64,000 nt of DNA from an uncultured Methanomassiliicoccales archaeon (GCA_963695345.1 OY968769.1:896001-960000), one strand, 5' to 3'. Counted from the stretch's first letter, positions 41,950-52,478 are shown. Numbers and translations are program-made. The notes: generated by a model from the sequence alone, not told the origin.

Positions 41950-42432
41950 ATGGATTCCTTGACGGCGATCTCAGACATTGGCCGATCCCCGGGAGCGGAT
42001 GGCAACGACCGGTCATCACCGGAGCCGAACACCTTCGAACCCTCCATCGTGGCCTTCTGCTGCAATTGGTGCGCCTATGCCGGCGCCGACCTGGCCGGAG
42101 TGGGCCGGATCCAGTATCCCAGCAACATCCGGGTCGTCCGGGTCATGTGCTCGGGGCGGGTGGACCTGGGGATGATCATGCGCTGCTTCGAGATGGGCGC
42201 GGACGGGGTGATGGTCCTGGGATGCCACCTCGGCGATTGCCACTATTTCGCCGGCAACCGCAAGGCAGAGGTCAAGATGAAAGACTGCCAGGAGCTCCTG
42301 GACCTGATGGGGATCGACCCGCGGAGGCTATTGCTCCGCTGGGTATCGGCCGCCGAGGGCGCGCTGTTCGCTTCCACCGCCGCCGAGTTCACGGCATTGA
42401 TCAGAGGGCTGGGCCCGACCGGGAGGGACTGA
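41950..42432 (+). CDS. mvhD: MvhD-type [2Fe-2S] hydrogenase/Hdr iron-sulfur subunit
   Basis: FCCNWCAYAGADLAG, RVMCSGRVD, GCHLGDCHY and WVSAAEG. Confidence 0.92.
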   Translation: MDSLTAISDIGRSPGADGNDRSSPEPNTFEPSIVAFCCNWCAYAGADLAGVGRIQYPSNIRVVRVMCSGRVDLGMIMRCFEMGADGVMVLGCHLGDCHYFAGNRKAEVKMKDCQELLDLMGIDPRRLLLRWVSAAEGALFASTAAEFTALIRGLGPTGRD

Positions 42433-42433
42433 A

Positions 42434-43576
42434 TTGGACCTGACCGATTCCGCCCGCAGGAACAACACCGCCGAATGCGTGGAATGCGGGAAATGCTCAT
42501 ACGCCTGCCCGGCCGCTCACCGGGACAACCGGTTCTCCCCCCGCCGGGTCATGGAGGATTTCGTCTCCGGCAGGGACCTGGACCACTGGGAGATATGGTC
42601 ATGCATGACCTGCGGAGCCTGCTCCGAGGTGTGCACATCGGGGGTTACGTTCCATGAGTTCATAAGGGACGTGAGGGCGGAATATAATTCGAAATACCCT
42701 CCGATCCAATCGCACAACGGCATCCTGAGGGAGATAAGAAGGACCGAGGCAGCAGGCAGGACCAGAGGCCACCGGGCCGACTGGGTGACCCCCGACCTGG
42801 ATCTGGACCCCGATTCGGATACGGCGCTCTTCGTGGGATGTACGCCGCTCTTCGATCGGCTGTTCAACGGTTTCGCCAAAGACATGTTGGAGATGCCCCG
42901 TTCCGCCGTCAGGCTGCTCAACGCGATCGGGATAAGGCCAAAGCTGGTCGATGAGGAGCTCTGCTGCGGCCACGACTCCTACTGGTTGGGAGAGGAGGAG
43001 ACCTTTGTCAAACTGGCCAGGCTCAGCGCGGAAAAGCTGAAGAGAACTGGGGCGAAACGGGTGGTCACGTTCTGCCCGGAATGCCACCATACCCTGAAGG
43101 AGATATATCCGCGAGTGGTGCCGGATTTCGACATGGATGTGGTCAACCTCTCGGAGCTGGTAGGAAAGGCGGTGATCGATGGAGGGATGAACCTATCATC
43201 CGGTGACGAGAAGTACACATTCCATGACCCGTGCAAACTGGTGCGGTTCTCGGACCTATCAGAGGAGCCCCGGGCGGTCCTGAGGAGTTGCGGCGAATTG
43301 ATCGAGATGCCCCGTTCCGGCACATCATCGGCCTGCTGTGGAAATCCGTGCTGGGCCAACTGCGACGACGATACCAAGAAATGGCAGGTGGAACGGCTGA
43401 AGGAGGCAAGGGAGACCGGAGCGGGAACACTGGTCACCGCCTGTCCCAAGTGCTACGTCCATCTTTCCTGTGCCCAGAAGGGATACGGGACCCACAAGGA
43501 CCGGGAGCGGGTGCCGATCATAGACCTGCACGTGCTGGCCGCATCCAGGATAACGAAACTGGAAAAGGGGACCTGA
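42434..43576 (+). CDS. HdrD-like Fe-S oxidoreductase (2x[4Fe-4S] plus two CCG domains)
   Basis: CVECGKCSYACP, CMTCGACSEVC, FVGC, CCG, CPEC, FHDPC, CCG and TACPKC; TTG start 1 nt after the mvhD stop. Confidence 0.88.
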   Translation: MDLTDSARRNNTAECVECGKCSYACPAAHRDNRFSPRRVMEDFVSGRDLDHWEIWSCMTCGACSEVCTSGVTFHEFIRDVRAEYNSKYPPIQSHNGILREIRRTEAAGRTRGHRADWVTPDLDLDPDSDTALFVGCTPLFDRLFNGFAKDMLEMPRSAVRLLNAIGIRPKLVDEELCCGHDSYWLGEEETFVKLARLSAEKLKRTGAKRVVTFCPECHHTLKEIYPRVVPDFDMDVVNLSELVGKAVIDGGMNLSSGDEKYTFHDPCKLVRFSDLSEEPRAVLRSCGELIEMPRSGTSSACCGNPCWANCDDDTKKWQVERLKEARETGAGTLVTACPKCYVHLSCAQKGYGTHKDRERVPIIDLHVLAASRITKLEKGT

Positions 43577-43577
43577 T

Positions 43578-43781
43578 CTATTTCTTCTCGTCCTCGATTT
43601 TCATTATGGGGGCGGAATGCTTGTTCTTCATGTGTCCGCCAGGCCCTCCGCGTTCCAGCAGGGCTTTCTCCACGCACTCCTCGTTCTTGCATAGGAACGC
43701 GGCGAAAGCGAACTGCTTGGCCGGTCCGCCGCATATTTGGCATTTCTCCTTCTCGATGTCCATCGCTACTCTCAGCGCCAT
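43578..43781 (-). CDS. small Cys-rich (putative zinc-binding) protein
   Basis: CQICGG...LCKNEEC...GGPGGH; coding-like composition. Confidence 0.65.
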   Translation of the reverse strand: MALRVAMDIEKEKCQICGGPAKQFAFAAFLCKNEECVEKALLERGGPGGHMKNKHSAPIMKIEDEKK

Positions 43782-43967
43782 TGAACGATATGGTTTTTGT
43801 GTCCGATAGAACGGAACGTTGCTGGTAGATCAAATGATCCGAAACAGTGATCGATCAAAGCTTTTTGCCGATGAGCGAGATGGCGTACTGGCATGATTAG
43901 GGGACGGGAGCGGGACGGAGCCGCCTCGTCTGATAAATAATCGAATATCCATCCATCCTCGATATTC

Positions 43968-44442
43968 ATGATGGTCTGCCCCAATTGCGGAAGGACAGTG
44001 ACGGATGAATCCATGCTCGTTCTGTCCCGCCTGCGGTTTTTCCTTCACTCAGCAGCCGAACCACCCATACCCGCCGGTACCGTACGGCCAACAGCAGTAT
44101 GGCCAACCGGGCTATCCGCACAAAAGCACAGCAATTGCCTTAATCCTGTCGTTCTTCTTCGCCGGGCTGGGCCAATTGTACGTCGGCAAGATAAAACGCG
44201 GCATCGCGTTCATCCTGGCGTTCGTCCTCCTCTCGGTGCTCTCCAGTGTGCTAACCCTGAACATCGAATACAACGATGTCGAAGCGATAAGGGGACTTCT
44301 GTCCAACGGGGCGTTCATCGCGATCATGCTGGTCAGCCTGGGTTTCTGGCTCTACAACATGTACGATGCCTACCGCCAGGCGAGGAAATTCAACGACGCC
44401 AGCGTGCGGAACGACCTGGCCCGGTTCCTGAGGCAGTTCTGA
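43968..44442 (+). CDS. zinc-ribbon + TM2-like membrane protein (apparent frameshift near 44015)
   Basis: MMVCPNCG in one frame joins FCPACG...KSTAIALILSFFFAGLGQLYVG...YDAYRQA in the next; removing one base gives one ORF. Confidence 0.75.
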
Positions 44443-44507
44443 ACCTTGCCCCAGGTTCGGGACGACAATAGGAAAGAGTAAAATCCGGTGGCGCCGATGC
44501 TTGGCGC

Positions 44508-44990
44508 ATGAAAGCCTCGGGTGCCGGCACCACCGATCTTGACCACCTCCTTACCGGATGGTCGATCTGGAAATGCCAGCAATGCGGCCTTTGCTCGGGG
44601 ATATGTCCTTCCGAGAAGGCCGGAGGGATCCGCCCGATCGAGATCCTCGCCCGGGCCAGCCAAGGAATTCTGGACCTCCGGGAAGAACGCTCCCTATGGC
44701 TTTGCGCCGTGTGCAATTCATGCACGGAGAGATGTCAGATGGATGTCGATCCGTCGGCGATCATCATGACCCTGAGAGAAGAGGCGGCGGCCCGGGGCAA
44801 CGTCCCGAAGCACTTCTCCGAGGAGGCGAAGCTGTTCATTCGGTCCGGGCTATCGTTCCCCAACACCGGAATGACCAAGAAGCTGAGGAAGGACCTGGGG
44901 TTGGAGGACCTGACCGTATCGGCGGAAACGATGGAACAACTGGCCATGCTGGTCAAGAGGACCCGGCTGGGAGGCCTCCGAATTGAATGA
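44508..44990 (+). CDS. hdrC: heterodisulfide reductase subunit C
   Basis: CQQCGLCSGICP, WLCAVCNSCTERC and C-terminal RKDLGL; directly upstream of hdrB. Confidence 0.87.
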   Translation: MKASGAGTTDLDHLLTGWSIWKCQQCGLCSGICPSEKAGGIRPIEILARASQGILDLREERSLWLCAVCNSCTERCQMDVDPSAIIMTLREEAAARGNVPKHFSEEAKLFIRSGLSFPNTGMTKKLRKDLGLEDLTVSAETMEQLAMLVKRTRLGGLRIE

Positions 44991-45810
44991 GAAATATCTG
45001 CTATTCCGAGGATGCCTCATCCCGACCAGGCTTCCGTTCCTGGAACGTTCTTCCCTGTTCGTACTGGATAAGCTGGGAATTGAGCAGGACCAGATGGCGG
45101 GGGCGACCTGCTGTGTGGAGCCGATCGGCCTTCGGTCGCTGGCCGAGGATACCTGGCTGATGGTGACGGCGAGGATGCTGGCGCTGGCCGAGAAGAGCGG
45201 CAGGGATATCCTGTCATTGTGCAACGGATGCTACCTGTCATTGGAAGAGTCCAGGCAGGCACTTGAGGACGAAACCACCAGGGCAAAGGTGAACGCAATG
45301 CTCGGGGAGATTGGGCTGCAATACACCGGCAATGTCCGGGTCAGGCATTTCGCCGACATCGTCATGGAGGCGGGCGAGGAAAAGGTCCGCTCCCTGGTCT
45401 GCGCTCCGCAGGACAAGCTCAAGCTGGCAGCGCATCCGGGATGCCATATGGTCAGACCATCGGCGAAGCTGAGGATCGATGATAGCTTCGCCCCCAAGGT
45501 TCTGGACGAGATAGCTTCCTGGTGCGGGTCCGAGGTCATGGTCAGTGAGAAGTGGCCGAAATGCTGTGGCGGCGGGATCGCCGGCATCGATGAGAAGGTC
45601 TCCTCCCGCATGTTGGAGGACTCCACGTCCTCGTTCCGTCCCAGCGGCGCCAACTGCATAGTGACGCCCTGCCCTTTCTGCTTCGTCCAGTTCGACCTCA
45701 GACAGAAGGATGGACTGCCGGTGCTGTACTTGGCCGAACTGCTCGCCCTGGCCTTCGGCGCTACCTCTGAGCAGATAGGATTGAAGTATCACAAGACCCG
45801 GTTGCCCTGA
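44983..45810 (+). CDS. hdrB: heterodisulfide reductase subunit B
   Basis: FRGC, TCC, LCNGC, HPGCH..RP, CCGGG and PCPFCFVQFD CCG-domain motifs. Confidence 0.9.
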   Translation: MNEKYLLFRGCLIPTRLPFLERSSLFVLDKLGIEQDQMAGATCCVEPIGLRSLAEDTWLMVTARMLALAEKSGRDILSLCNGCYLSLEESRQALEDETTRAKVNAMLGEIGLQYTGNVRVRHFADIVMEAGEEKVRSLVCAPQDKLKLAAHPGCHMVRPSAKLRIDDSFAPKVLDEIASWCGSEVMVSEKWPKCCGGGIAGIDEKVSSRMLEDSTSSFRPSGANCIVTPCPFCFVQFDLRQKDGLPVLYLAELLALAFGATSEQIGLKYHKTRLP

Positions 45811-46643
45811 TCAGTAGCGGTAGACCCGGGTGACGCTGAGGGAGAACTGGATAGCCTTCGCGGAGTGCGTGATCCAGCCGATGGAGATGACGTCGGCGTG
45901 CTTGGCGTACTCGGAGGCGTTTTGCGGAGTTATTCCCCCGGAAACCTCTACCGTGATGCGCGGATCGATCTCCTTGATCGCCAGGTAGCTTTCTTCCGCG
46001 TCCTTGGGTGACATATTGTCGAGCATGATGATGTCCGCACCGGCCCTGGCCGCTTCCTTGGCCTGGTCCAATACTACCACCTCGACCTCCACCTTCTTGC
46101 TGAAGGAGTAGGACTTGGCCTTCCTGACCGCCTCTGTCACCGACCCGACGATTATCAGGTGGTTGTCCTTGATCAGGATCATGTCATCAAGCCGGTTACG
46201 GTGCGGGTCTCCCCCGCCCAGTATGACGGCTTTCTTCTCGTAGAAACGGAATCCGGGAGTGGTCTTCCTGGTCGCGGCCACTCTGCACGTTCTTGTTCAT
46301 GCGGCGGCAATCCCACAGTATCTTCGATGTGACCGTGGCTATGCCAGACATCCTCATGATGAAGTTGAGGGCGGTTCGCTCGCCTAAAAGTATCGCCTTC
46401 AGGGGGCCGTGTATGGTCATGACCACGGTTCCCTTCTTGATCTGGCACCCTTCCTCCACCTGGGCCCGGGCATCCAGATCGAGGCCTTTGAACAGCTCGG
46501 CGGCCTCGGCTAGGCCGGCGATCGACACAGTCCTCATTGGCGACTATCTCCGACTCTCCGCCTTCGTTCCCGATGAGAAGGTCCGAGGTTATGTCCCCGT
46601 ACCCCTCATCCTCGGCTAGCATGTCCTCCATGCGCATGACCAT
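45811..46643 (-). CDS. nadC: nicotinate-nucleotide pyrophosphorylase (quinolinate phosphoribosyltransferase); two apparent frameshifts near 46524 and 46285
   Basis: EDEGYGDITS / ERTALNFIMRMSGIAT / TRKTTPG, HR..LDDMILIKDNH, EVEV, MLDN and SGGI spread over three frames; GGAGGTG RBS. Confidence 0.9.
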
Positions 46644-46677
46644 ACTACGGCACCTCCGAGGGAAATAGCTATTGGTC

Positions 46678-47931
46678 CTATAGCTCGAACTCCTCACCGG
46701 GCATGGGGAGATGCATCTTGAACTCGTCCTTCAGGTCGTTGGCCAGGGCCTGACGGTTGTCGGAGTGCATCAGCACTACGTTCTCCGGGTTGCATGCCCG
46801 GATGAACTTCAGCAGCTCATTGTGGTCGGCGTGGGCCGACAGATCGAACTGCTGTACCTGGCAGGCGACGCGCATCGAGGCCGGCACTTCCTCCGGGGCG
46901 GAACCGGGCTGCCTGATGTCAATGGCACCGTTGTCGATGAGCCGGCGTCCGTTGGAACCGTCCACCTGGAAGCCGGTCATGAGGACCGAGCTCTTGGGGT
47001 TGTCCCGTTCCTGCTGCAGGTAACGAATGACCGGACCTCCGTCGAGCATTCCTCCGGTGGTGACGATGACCTCGCCCTCCATGGCCTTCTCGCGGGCCGC
47101 GGCACCGCGGACCTCGTTGAAGCGCCTCTTCGCGTGACGCATGTCCCGTTCCGAGCGGATGTACTCAGGCTGTTCCAGGTAGAGACGGTTGACGGTCTTT
47201 CCCATGCCGTCGACCCACATGTCGTACTTCAGGTCCTTCAGGATCAGCATGACCTCTTGGGTACGGCCGACGGCAAAACAGGGGATGATGGCCTTTCCGC
47301 CGCCCTCGACGGTCTCCTTGACCTTCTCGATCAGCTTCTGTTCCTCCTTCTTTCGGTCCGGGTGAAGACGCCCAGCGTAGGTGGCCTCGATGATCAGGTT
47401 GTCGCACTTGACCGGGTGAGCGCCCCAGGTCAGGTTGGTGTTGTAGGTGTGCAGGTCGCCGGTGAACACGGTGGTGTTGTCACCGCGCAGCTCGTACATC
47501 GCCGCACCCGGAACGTGACCGGCGGAATGGGACTCGACCTCGAACCCGGCGACGTCCATGACATCCCCGAACTTCATCGGACGGAAGCACCGCATGGCCG
47601 CCTTGATGTCGCTCTCGTTGAACGGCCGCGGGTATCCTTCCGAGTCCGCCACCTTGAGCGTGTCGTTCATCAGCAGCTCGCAGACGGCTACGGTCGACGG
47701 GGTGGTGTGCACCTTGGTGCCGTACTTGCCGCACAACCATGGGATCATTCCGGAATGGTCGATGTGGCAGTGCGTCAGGAACGCGGTCTCCAGCGGCGGG
47801 GCCGGTATGGGGTACTCTGGCGGTTTGATCGGTTTCATGCCATATTCGAACAGCAGATTGGCGCCCTTGTTGTTGAGCAGCATTCCGAGCCTGCCAACGA
47901 CGTCCGCGCCCCCTAGGAACTTCAATTTCAT
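46678..47931 (-). CDS. beta-CASP MBL-fold ribonuclease (aCPSF2-like)
   Basis: FLGGADVVG, THCHIDHSG, AGHVPG, TGD, EATY, FAVGRTQE, GMLDGG, SAHAD and MH. Confidence 0.9.
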   Translation of the reverse strand: MKLKFLGGADVVGRLGMLLNNKGANLLFEYGMKPIKPPEYPIPAPPLETAFLTHCHIDHSGMIPWLCGKYGTKVHTTPSTVAVCELLMNDTLKVADSEGYPRPFNESDIKAAMRCFRPMKFGDVMDVAGFEVESHSAGHVPGAAMYELRGDNTTVFTGDLHTYNTNLTWGAHPVKCDNLIIEATYAGRLHPDRKKEEQKLIEKVKETVEGGGKAIIPCFAVGRTQEVMLILKDLKYDMWVDGMGKTVNRLYLEQPEYIRSERDMRHAKRRFNEVRGAAAREKAMEGEVIVTTGGMLDGGPVIRYLQQERDNPKSSVLMTGFQVDGSNGRRLIDNGAIDIRQPGSAPEEVPASMRVACQVQQFDLSAHADHNELLKFIRACNPENVVLMHSDNRQALANDLKDEFKMHLPMPGEEFEL

Positions 47932-47999
47932 TCTTTTCTACCTCTTTCGTTTTTGTCTCTTGCAAGATGTTAATGGTTGTTATGCTAGGACTGTGAGTT

Positions 48000-48417
48000 T
48001 CATTCCCCTACCAGCTGAATTATCAGCTTTCTCGGTCTTCCGCCATTGTCCAGTTCCATGAGCACAATGCTCTGCCAGATGCCGATATCAAGGGAAGCAT
48101 CGTTGAACGGAACGGAGACCGACTGACCGAAGGCCGAAGCCCTGATGTGCGAGTGGCCATTGCCTTCCCCGCCGACGTTATGAGCATATCCTAACCCCTT
48201 GGGGAAAACCTTTTCCATGGACCTGATAAGGTCAGATCGCAGGCCCGGCTCGTTCTCGGTGATGAAAACCGCCGCGGTGGTATGGGTGACGAAGATGCAG
48301 GCGATGCCGGCCTTCAAGCCAGAATCTATTTACCGCCTCGCTGACCTTCCCGGTCAGATCGACGATTTCGCCTTCCTCCTTCGTTGATATGTTCAAGATT
48401 GTCCGGAACACTCCCAT
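48000..48417 (-). CDS. YjbQ/UPF0047 family protein (apparent frameshift near 48329)
   Basis: N-terminal EIVDLT in one frame; HTTAAVFITENEPGL, NGHSHI, GIWQSI and ELD in the other. Confidence 0.85.
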
Positions 48418-48487
48418 TGATTTTCGACCAGGCTAGACGTGGTACGGTATAAATAGGTTGAGGTGAAACCCACCTGCCGATTCCGAT

Positions 48488-48934
48488 ATGCAGTGGTCAG
48501 CTGGCTTGCAATTTCCTATCGGCATGCCGAACTTCTGCAGGGAAGGTTTATCTAACTCACACTCGCATGACCTTAATCGCTTGTCCGACTTTGCATTTCC
48601 CGGGTTCCGTCAACCCAAGGAATTAGAGAAGGTTTGGCTGACCTCAGGCTTCAGGGCCATGATCATCGCGAGAGGGATAGAGAAGGCTGGTTCCCTGAAC
48701 GAGCTAGGACGTCAGATGGGATATCGCTCCCGGGTCCATCCGGGTTGGAGCGTGGTCCAGATACTTCTGGGAAGGCAGGCGTTCCCCGCCGACCGGCTAA
48801 AGCTCCTGAGCACTTATATCAACTATCCATTCGATGAGATGCTCAAGCATCAGACGAGGTCCCGCGCCATCACCCCTGAGGGAACCAGGGAAGCGTTGCG
48901 GGAAAACAATCTGATGTGCTACATGCCGAAGTAA
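48488..48934 (+). CDS. hypothetical protein, possible HTH-like (start uncertain)
   Basis: C-terminal ~115 aa look coding (GSLNELGRQMGY); TATA-like TTTATCTA near 48547 suggests a later start. Confidence 0.55.
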   Translation: MQWSAGLQFPIGMPNFCREGLSNSHSHDLNRLSDFAFPGFRQPKELEKVWLTSGFRAMIIARGIEKAGSLNELGRQMGYRSRVHPGWSVVQILLGRQAFPADRLKLLSTYINYPFDEMLKHQTRSRAITPEGTREALRENNLMCYMPK

Positions 48935-48986
48935 CGTCCCCCGGCACCGAACCCCAAGTTCTTTATATTCACCTGTCGATTTTCAT

Positions 48987-50014
48987 TTGTCTGACATACG
49001 TCAGACCGAGGGGGATGGGAATGAATTTCAGGCGACAGGCGCATCACGAAGGACCAGGCCACCAAGATCGCTCATGAAGAGCGGAGTGTACCGGCTTTCC
49101 GATGAGAGTGAGGATAGGGAGAAGCCGAAACGGTCATGGTTGCTATCATCATCTTCGGACGACCCTTTCAATTACTGGTCTGCCGTGAAATACGGCAGCG
49201 TCCTGATGTTCCTGCTCTGGTGGATCCCGATCTTCGGACCCATGATAGCGGGATACGTTGCCGGTCAGAAGGGCTGGCACCCCGATCAAGGGGGTCTTCG
49301 CAGTCAGCATACCCCTGGCCATCGTTTTCTTCGTGGCCACGATGGTCACGATCAAGTTCATCCCCACCGTTTGGTTCGGCATCGACCTCGCCCCAGAGGC
49401 GATATTCGGCGGCACTAGGCCAAGGCCATACCGGCCTTCGGACCTTTGGCCGACTTCACGACTGGTTACCTTCAATCCTTCATCGGGACGATCCAGGGCA
49501 GTACCGGCGTACGCCTGGACTTCTACATCCTGGCATTGGCGTTCGCCTACATCGGAGGGGCCATGGCCATCCAGTCGCTGCGGGAGATGGAGTACGTCGT
49601 CAAGCACGGAGGAGACCGCGGCACGCATGTGCATGTCGGAAGCGCCCGAAATCCAAGGGGAAGAAGGGTCTTTGGCTATTGGGTAAGCGGAAGGGAAAGG
49701 GAAAGGGCCGGAAGAAGGAAGAGGACGATGAGGAAGGGCCGGTCAGGTCGCCATCCGTCCATTTCAATGACTTGAAGGAGACCTCGGGAGCCGGAAAGAG
49801 CTTCACCCACGCCCCCGCCGCCCACTCCAGGACCCTGGAGAAGGCGATGGAGGAGGAGGAGAGGACGAGCCGGTCAGGAAACACCGGCAGAAGGAGTTCG
49901 AGCGAAACCTGAATAGGGCGAAGCATGAGGTTCCGGTAAGGGCGACGCATGCGCAGCACAAGAAGCTGGACAACGAGCAAGAAATCGGAATCCGACGACT
50001 TCCGATTCGTCTGA
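48987..50014 (+). CDS. membrane protein with charged C-terminal tail, broken by several apparent frameshifts
   Basis: Consecutive fragments LLWWIPIFGPMIAGYVAG / RRAGTPIKGVFAVSIP / DFYILALAFAYIGG / KGKGRKKEEDDEE lie in different frames. Confidence 0.6.
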
Positions 50015-50053
50015 ACCAATCAATCGCCCTGGAATGACGGTGGAGAAGAAGAA

Positions 50054-50061
50054 TATAAATA
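50054..50061 (+). promoter_or_regulatory. TATA box with purine-rich BRE-like element for tfs
   Basis: GAAGAAGAA-TATAAATA about 36 nt upstream of the ATG at 50097. Confidence 0.55.
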
Positions 50062-50096
50062 TGGAAGTAAATTTCCTGCGAGTTGGCGAAATCTAA

Positions 50097-50402
50097 ATGT
50101 TCTGTCCTACATGTAAAGCCCTTGCGTTGCCGAAGAACGGCAAGATCTGGTGCAACCGATGCCAGAAAGAGTATGACGTGACCGCCAACAAGGCTGACAC
50201 ATGCGTCATCAGGGGCAAGGAGAAGGAGCAGATGGTGGTTGAGAACTCGGCGCCGACGTTGCCCAAGACCAAGGTCGAATGCCCCAAGTGCAAGCACAAT
50301 GAGGCTTTCTGGGTGCTCAGGCAGACCAGGGCGGCGGATGAACCCGAGACCAAGATCTATCGTTGCTGTGAATGCGGTGCCTCCTGGCGCGAGTACGGTT
50401 AA
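50097..50402 (+). CDS. tfs: transcription factor S (TFS/RpoM)
   Basis: MFCPTC...CNRC and CPKC...QTRAADEPETKIYRCCECG..WREY with the acidic DE hairpin. Confidence 0.95.
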   Translation: MFCPTCKALALPKNGKIWCNRCQKEYDVTANKADTCVIRGKEKEQMVVENSAPTLPKTKVECPKCKHNEAFWVLRQTRAADEPETKIYRCCECGASWREYG

Positions 50403-50707
50403 ATTTCAGCCGTAACTTGCCTTACCGGGCGCCCTAGCGTTCCCAACTGTCGGTTTTTAAGTTGGTCGGAACATGAGGATGGTCGCCGAATCCTGCATGT
50501 TCTCCGATGACGCCTGAAACAGCCCCACATGTTAACGGTTGGGATGACCGATCTCGATCGGGGCGATGTTCATCTGTTTCTGTCAGGCCAAGAATGGATC
50601 ATGTCTTGGCTATCCCTCCCCATATTGGATCCCGAGATACTATCTAGGAGCGGGTTGGACAATCCTGGAAGGAATCATCTAAGGTCAACTCCCGTAACTC
50701 CTATTGA

Positions 50708-51046
50708 TCAGCTCTTTTCGGTGGACCTCATCAACTTGATCACGAGAAACCGAAGATCGGAGCCACCTTGATTCATGAGACGATGGGGAATCTTAGCGGG
50801 TGAATAGATCAGTTCATCTGTTCTCACATGTCGAATTTCATCCTCGATCTCGATTTCCCCTTCACCCTGGAGCACATAGAAGATCACATCGACCGGAGTG
50901 ATATGCTTCTTCAGTGCCTCACCGGGCAGAAGCCTGATCTGCGATACCTGGGCATCATCATTGTCCAATAACCGTTTCATCTCCACCCCGTGACCGTTCG
51001 GGCATGTGGGCAGCTCCTTCAGACTTACAACTTGCATTTGTTTCAC
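50708..51046 (-). CDS. cupin domain protein
   Basis: LLPGEALKKHITP..VIFYVLQGEG...SPAKIPHRLMN. Confidence 0.88.
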   Translation of the reverse strand: MKQMQVVSLKELPTCPNGHGVEMKRLLDNDDAQVSQIRLLPGEALKKHITPVDVIFYVLQGEGEIEIEDEIRHVRTDELIYSPAKIPHRLMNQGGSDLRFLVIKLMRSTEKS

Positions 51047-51049
51047 ACC

Positions 51050-51826
51050 TCATTTCGCATTTTTCCTTTCATAGATCAATGCGCCTTTCGGGCAAGCATC
51101 GACGCAACGCAGACAGAGATAGCACTCCGCCTTCCCCGCCTTCTCTCCGGCCTGGTCGGTGGGGCATATCCGTTCACATTTCCTGCAATGATTGCACGCT
51201 TCTGTTCGACGGATGGAATAAACCGGTCTGAGGGAGGCGAGAGCGGTGAAGACCCCGAACGGACAGACCAGGCGACAGAATGGCCGATAGTAGGCCAGAG
51301 AACCGATCAGGACCATTGAGAAAACCAGGGCTCCGGTCGACGCAAGGGCGAGCCCGAAGAAGTCCTTCAAACCAAACCAGCCGATTGTGTTTATTGAGAA
51401 TGCCGTTCCAAGTATGACCATGATCACCAGCGCAAGAACCCTGATCGCTTGGGTGACGGAGGGGTTTCTTGCTTGGAGCTTCGGGATGGGTACGAGGTAA
51501 AGCATCTCCTGAACCGCCCCGATTGGGCAGCCGTATCCACAGAACGCCTTTCCAAAAAGGAGGGAAGCGGCTATCACCACGGAAAGGACCGATGCCATCA
51601 CCCACAACGGGAGAGGGAGTTGCGGGTTTCCTCCCAATATTATCTGTTGGATCTGCCACGGAAACATTGGGGCGAAGAACAGGAACCCCATAACCATGGC
51701 GAAGAGAAGGAGCCCGAAACGAAGGGTCGGGGTCAGCTTTCTTCTACGCATCAGCAGGAATGGCAGAATGATGGCGAAGGCGGCAAAGGCCATCCCTGCC
51801 ACCATCGGCAGTGAGTTGGCTGCCAT
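51050..51826 (-). CDS. membrane 4Fe-4S binding protein (NapH/MauN/RdxA-like)
   Basis: TM helices, two CxxxCP motifs (FCGYGCP, FCRLVCP) and two ferredoxin motifs (CNHCRKCERICP, CYLCLRCVDACP). Confidence 0.87.
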   Translation of the reverse strand: MAANSLPMVAGMAFAAFAIILPFLLMRRRKLTPTLRFGLLLFAMVMGFLFFAPMFPWQIQQIILGGNPQLPLPLWVMASVLSVVIAASLLFGKAFCGYGCPIGAVQEMLYLVPIPKLQARNPSVTQAIRVLALVIMVILGTAFSINTIGWFGLKDFFGLALASTGALVFSMVLIGSLAYYRPFCRLVCPFGVFTALASLRPVYSIRRTEACNHCRKCERICPTDQAGEKAGKAECYLCLRCVDACPKGALIYERKNAK

Positions 51827-51827
51827 A

Positions 51828-52445
51828 TCAGCTCCTTTGCATGTCTCGGGCCGATTCAGGAGCGGGGAGAAGCTTGACCAATTCCCTAGTGATCGCCTCT
51901 TCCCGCGTTGTAAGGTCGTAGGCGAAGCCCGAACTGCGCCACTCCATCACGGCCATTCGCATGGTTCCGATGAAGATGAGCGAGAAGGTCGCCTCGTCCA
52001 CTTCGCTTCCGATCTCACCATTGGCCTTTGCCTTGCGGATCATGGACATTATTTGGGCGGCCCGGGATTTACGCCGTTCATCGAACATCCCCTTTGCTTG
52101 AGGAAATTCCCTGAAAACCTCCTCTTGGAACAATATTGACGTCGCCTCAGGGCATTTCTGGAATTCCAGGAACTGCCGCCGCATCAGGTTGGCCATTGCG
52201 CGGCGAATGTCATTCTCCCCTTCACTCTCGTTAACGATGTATTCCTTGAACACCCATTCCGCCAGTGAGTTGACGATGTCCTGTTTGTTCTCGAAGTGTC
52301 TGAAGAGGGCCGCTTCAGAGATGCCGATGCGTCTCGAGAGCTCATGCAGGGTCAGTGCATGGATCCCTTCCTCCGCCACCACCTGAAGGGCGACCCTCAA
52401 CACCTCACCCTTTCTCGTTTTGGAGTCCTTCCGTGCCGGCATCAT
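51828..52445 (-). CDS. TetR/AcrR-family transcriptional regulator
   Basis: EEGIHALTLHELSRRIGISEAALFRHFENKQDI. Confidence 0.92.
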   Translation of the reverse strand: MMPARKDSKTRKGEVLRVALQVVAEEGIHALTLHELSRRIGISEAALFRHFENKQDIVNSLAEWVFKEYIVNESEGENDIRRAMANLMRRQFLEFQKCPEATSILFQEEVFREFPQAKGMFDERRKSRAAQIMSMIRKAKANGEIGSEVDEATFSLIFIGTMRMAVMEWRSSGFAYDLTTREEAITRELVKLLPAPESARDMQRS

Positions 52446-52458
52446 ATGTCATCACTAA

Positions 52459-52478
52459 GTTAGTTATCATTAACTAAC
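52459..52478. promoter_or_regulatory. perfect inverted repeat, putative TetR operator
   Basis: GTTAGTTA-TCAT-TAACTAAC, 13 nt upstream of the tetR start. Confidence 0.7.

Noticed and set aside
46711-47916. 401-aa plus-strand ORF
   Set aside because: Antisense mirror of the beta-CASP nuclease caused by strong codon bias; no recognisable domain.
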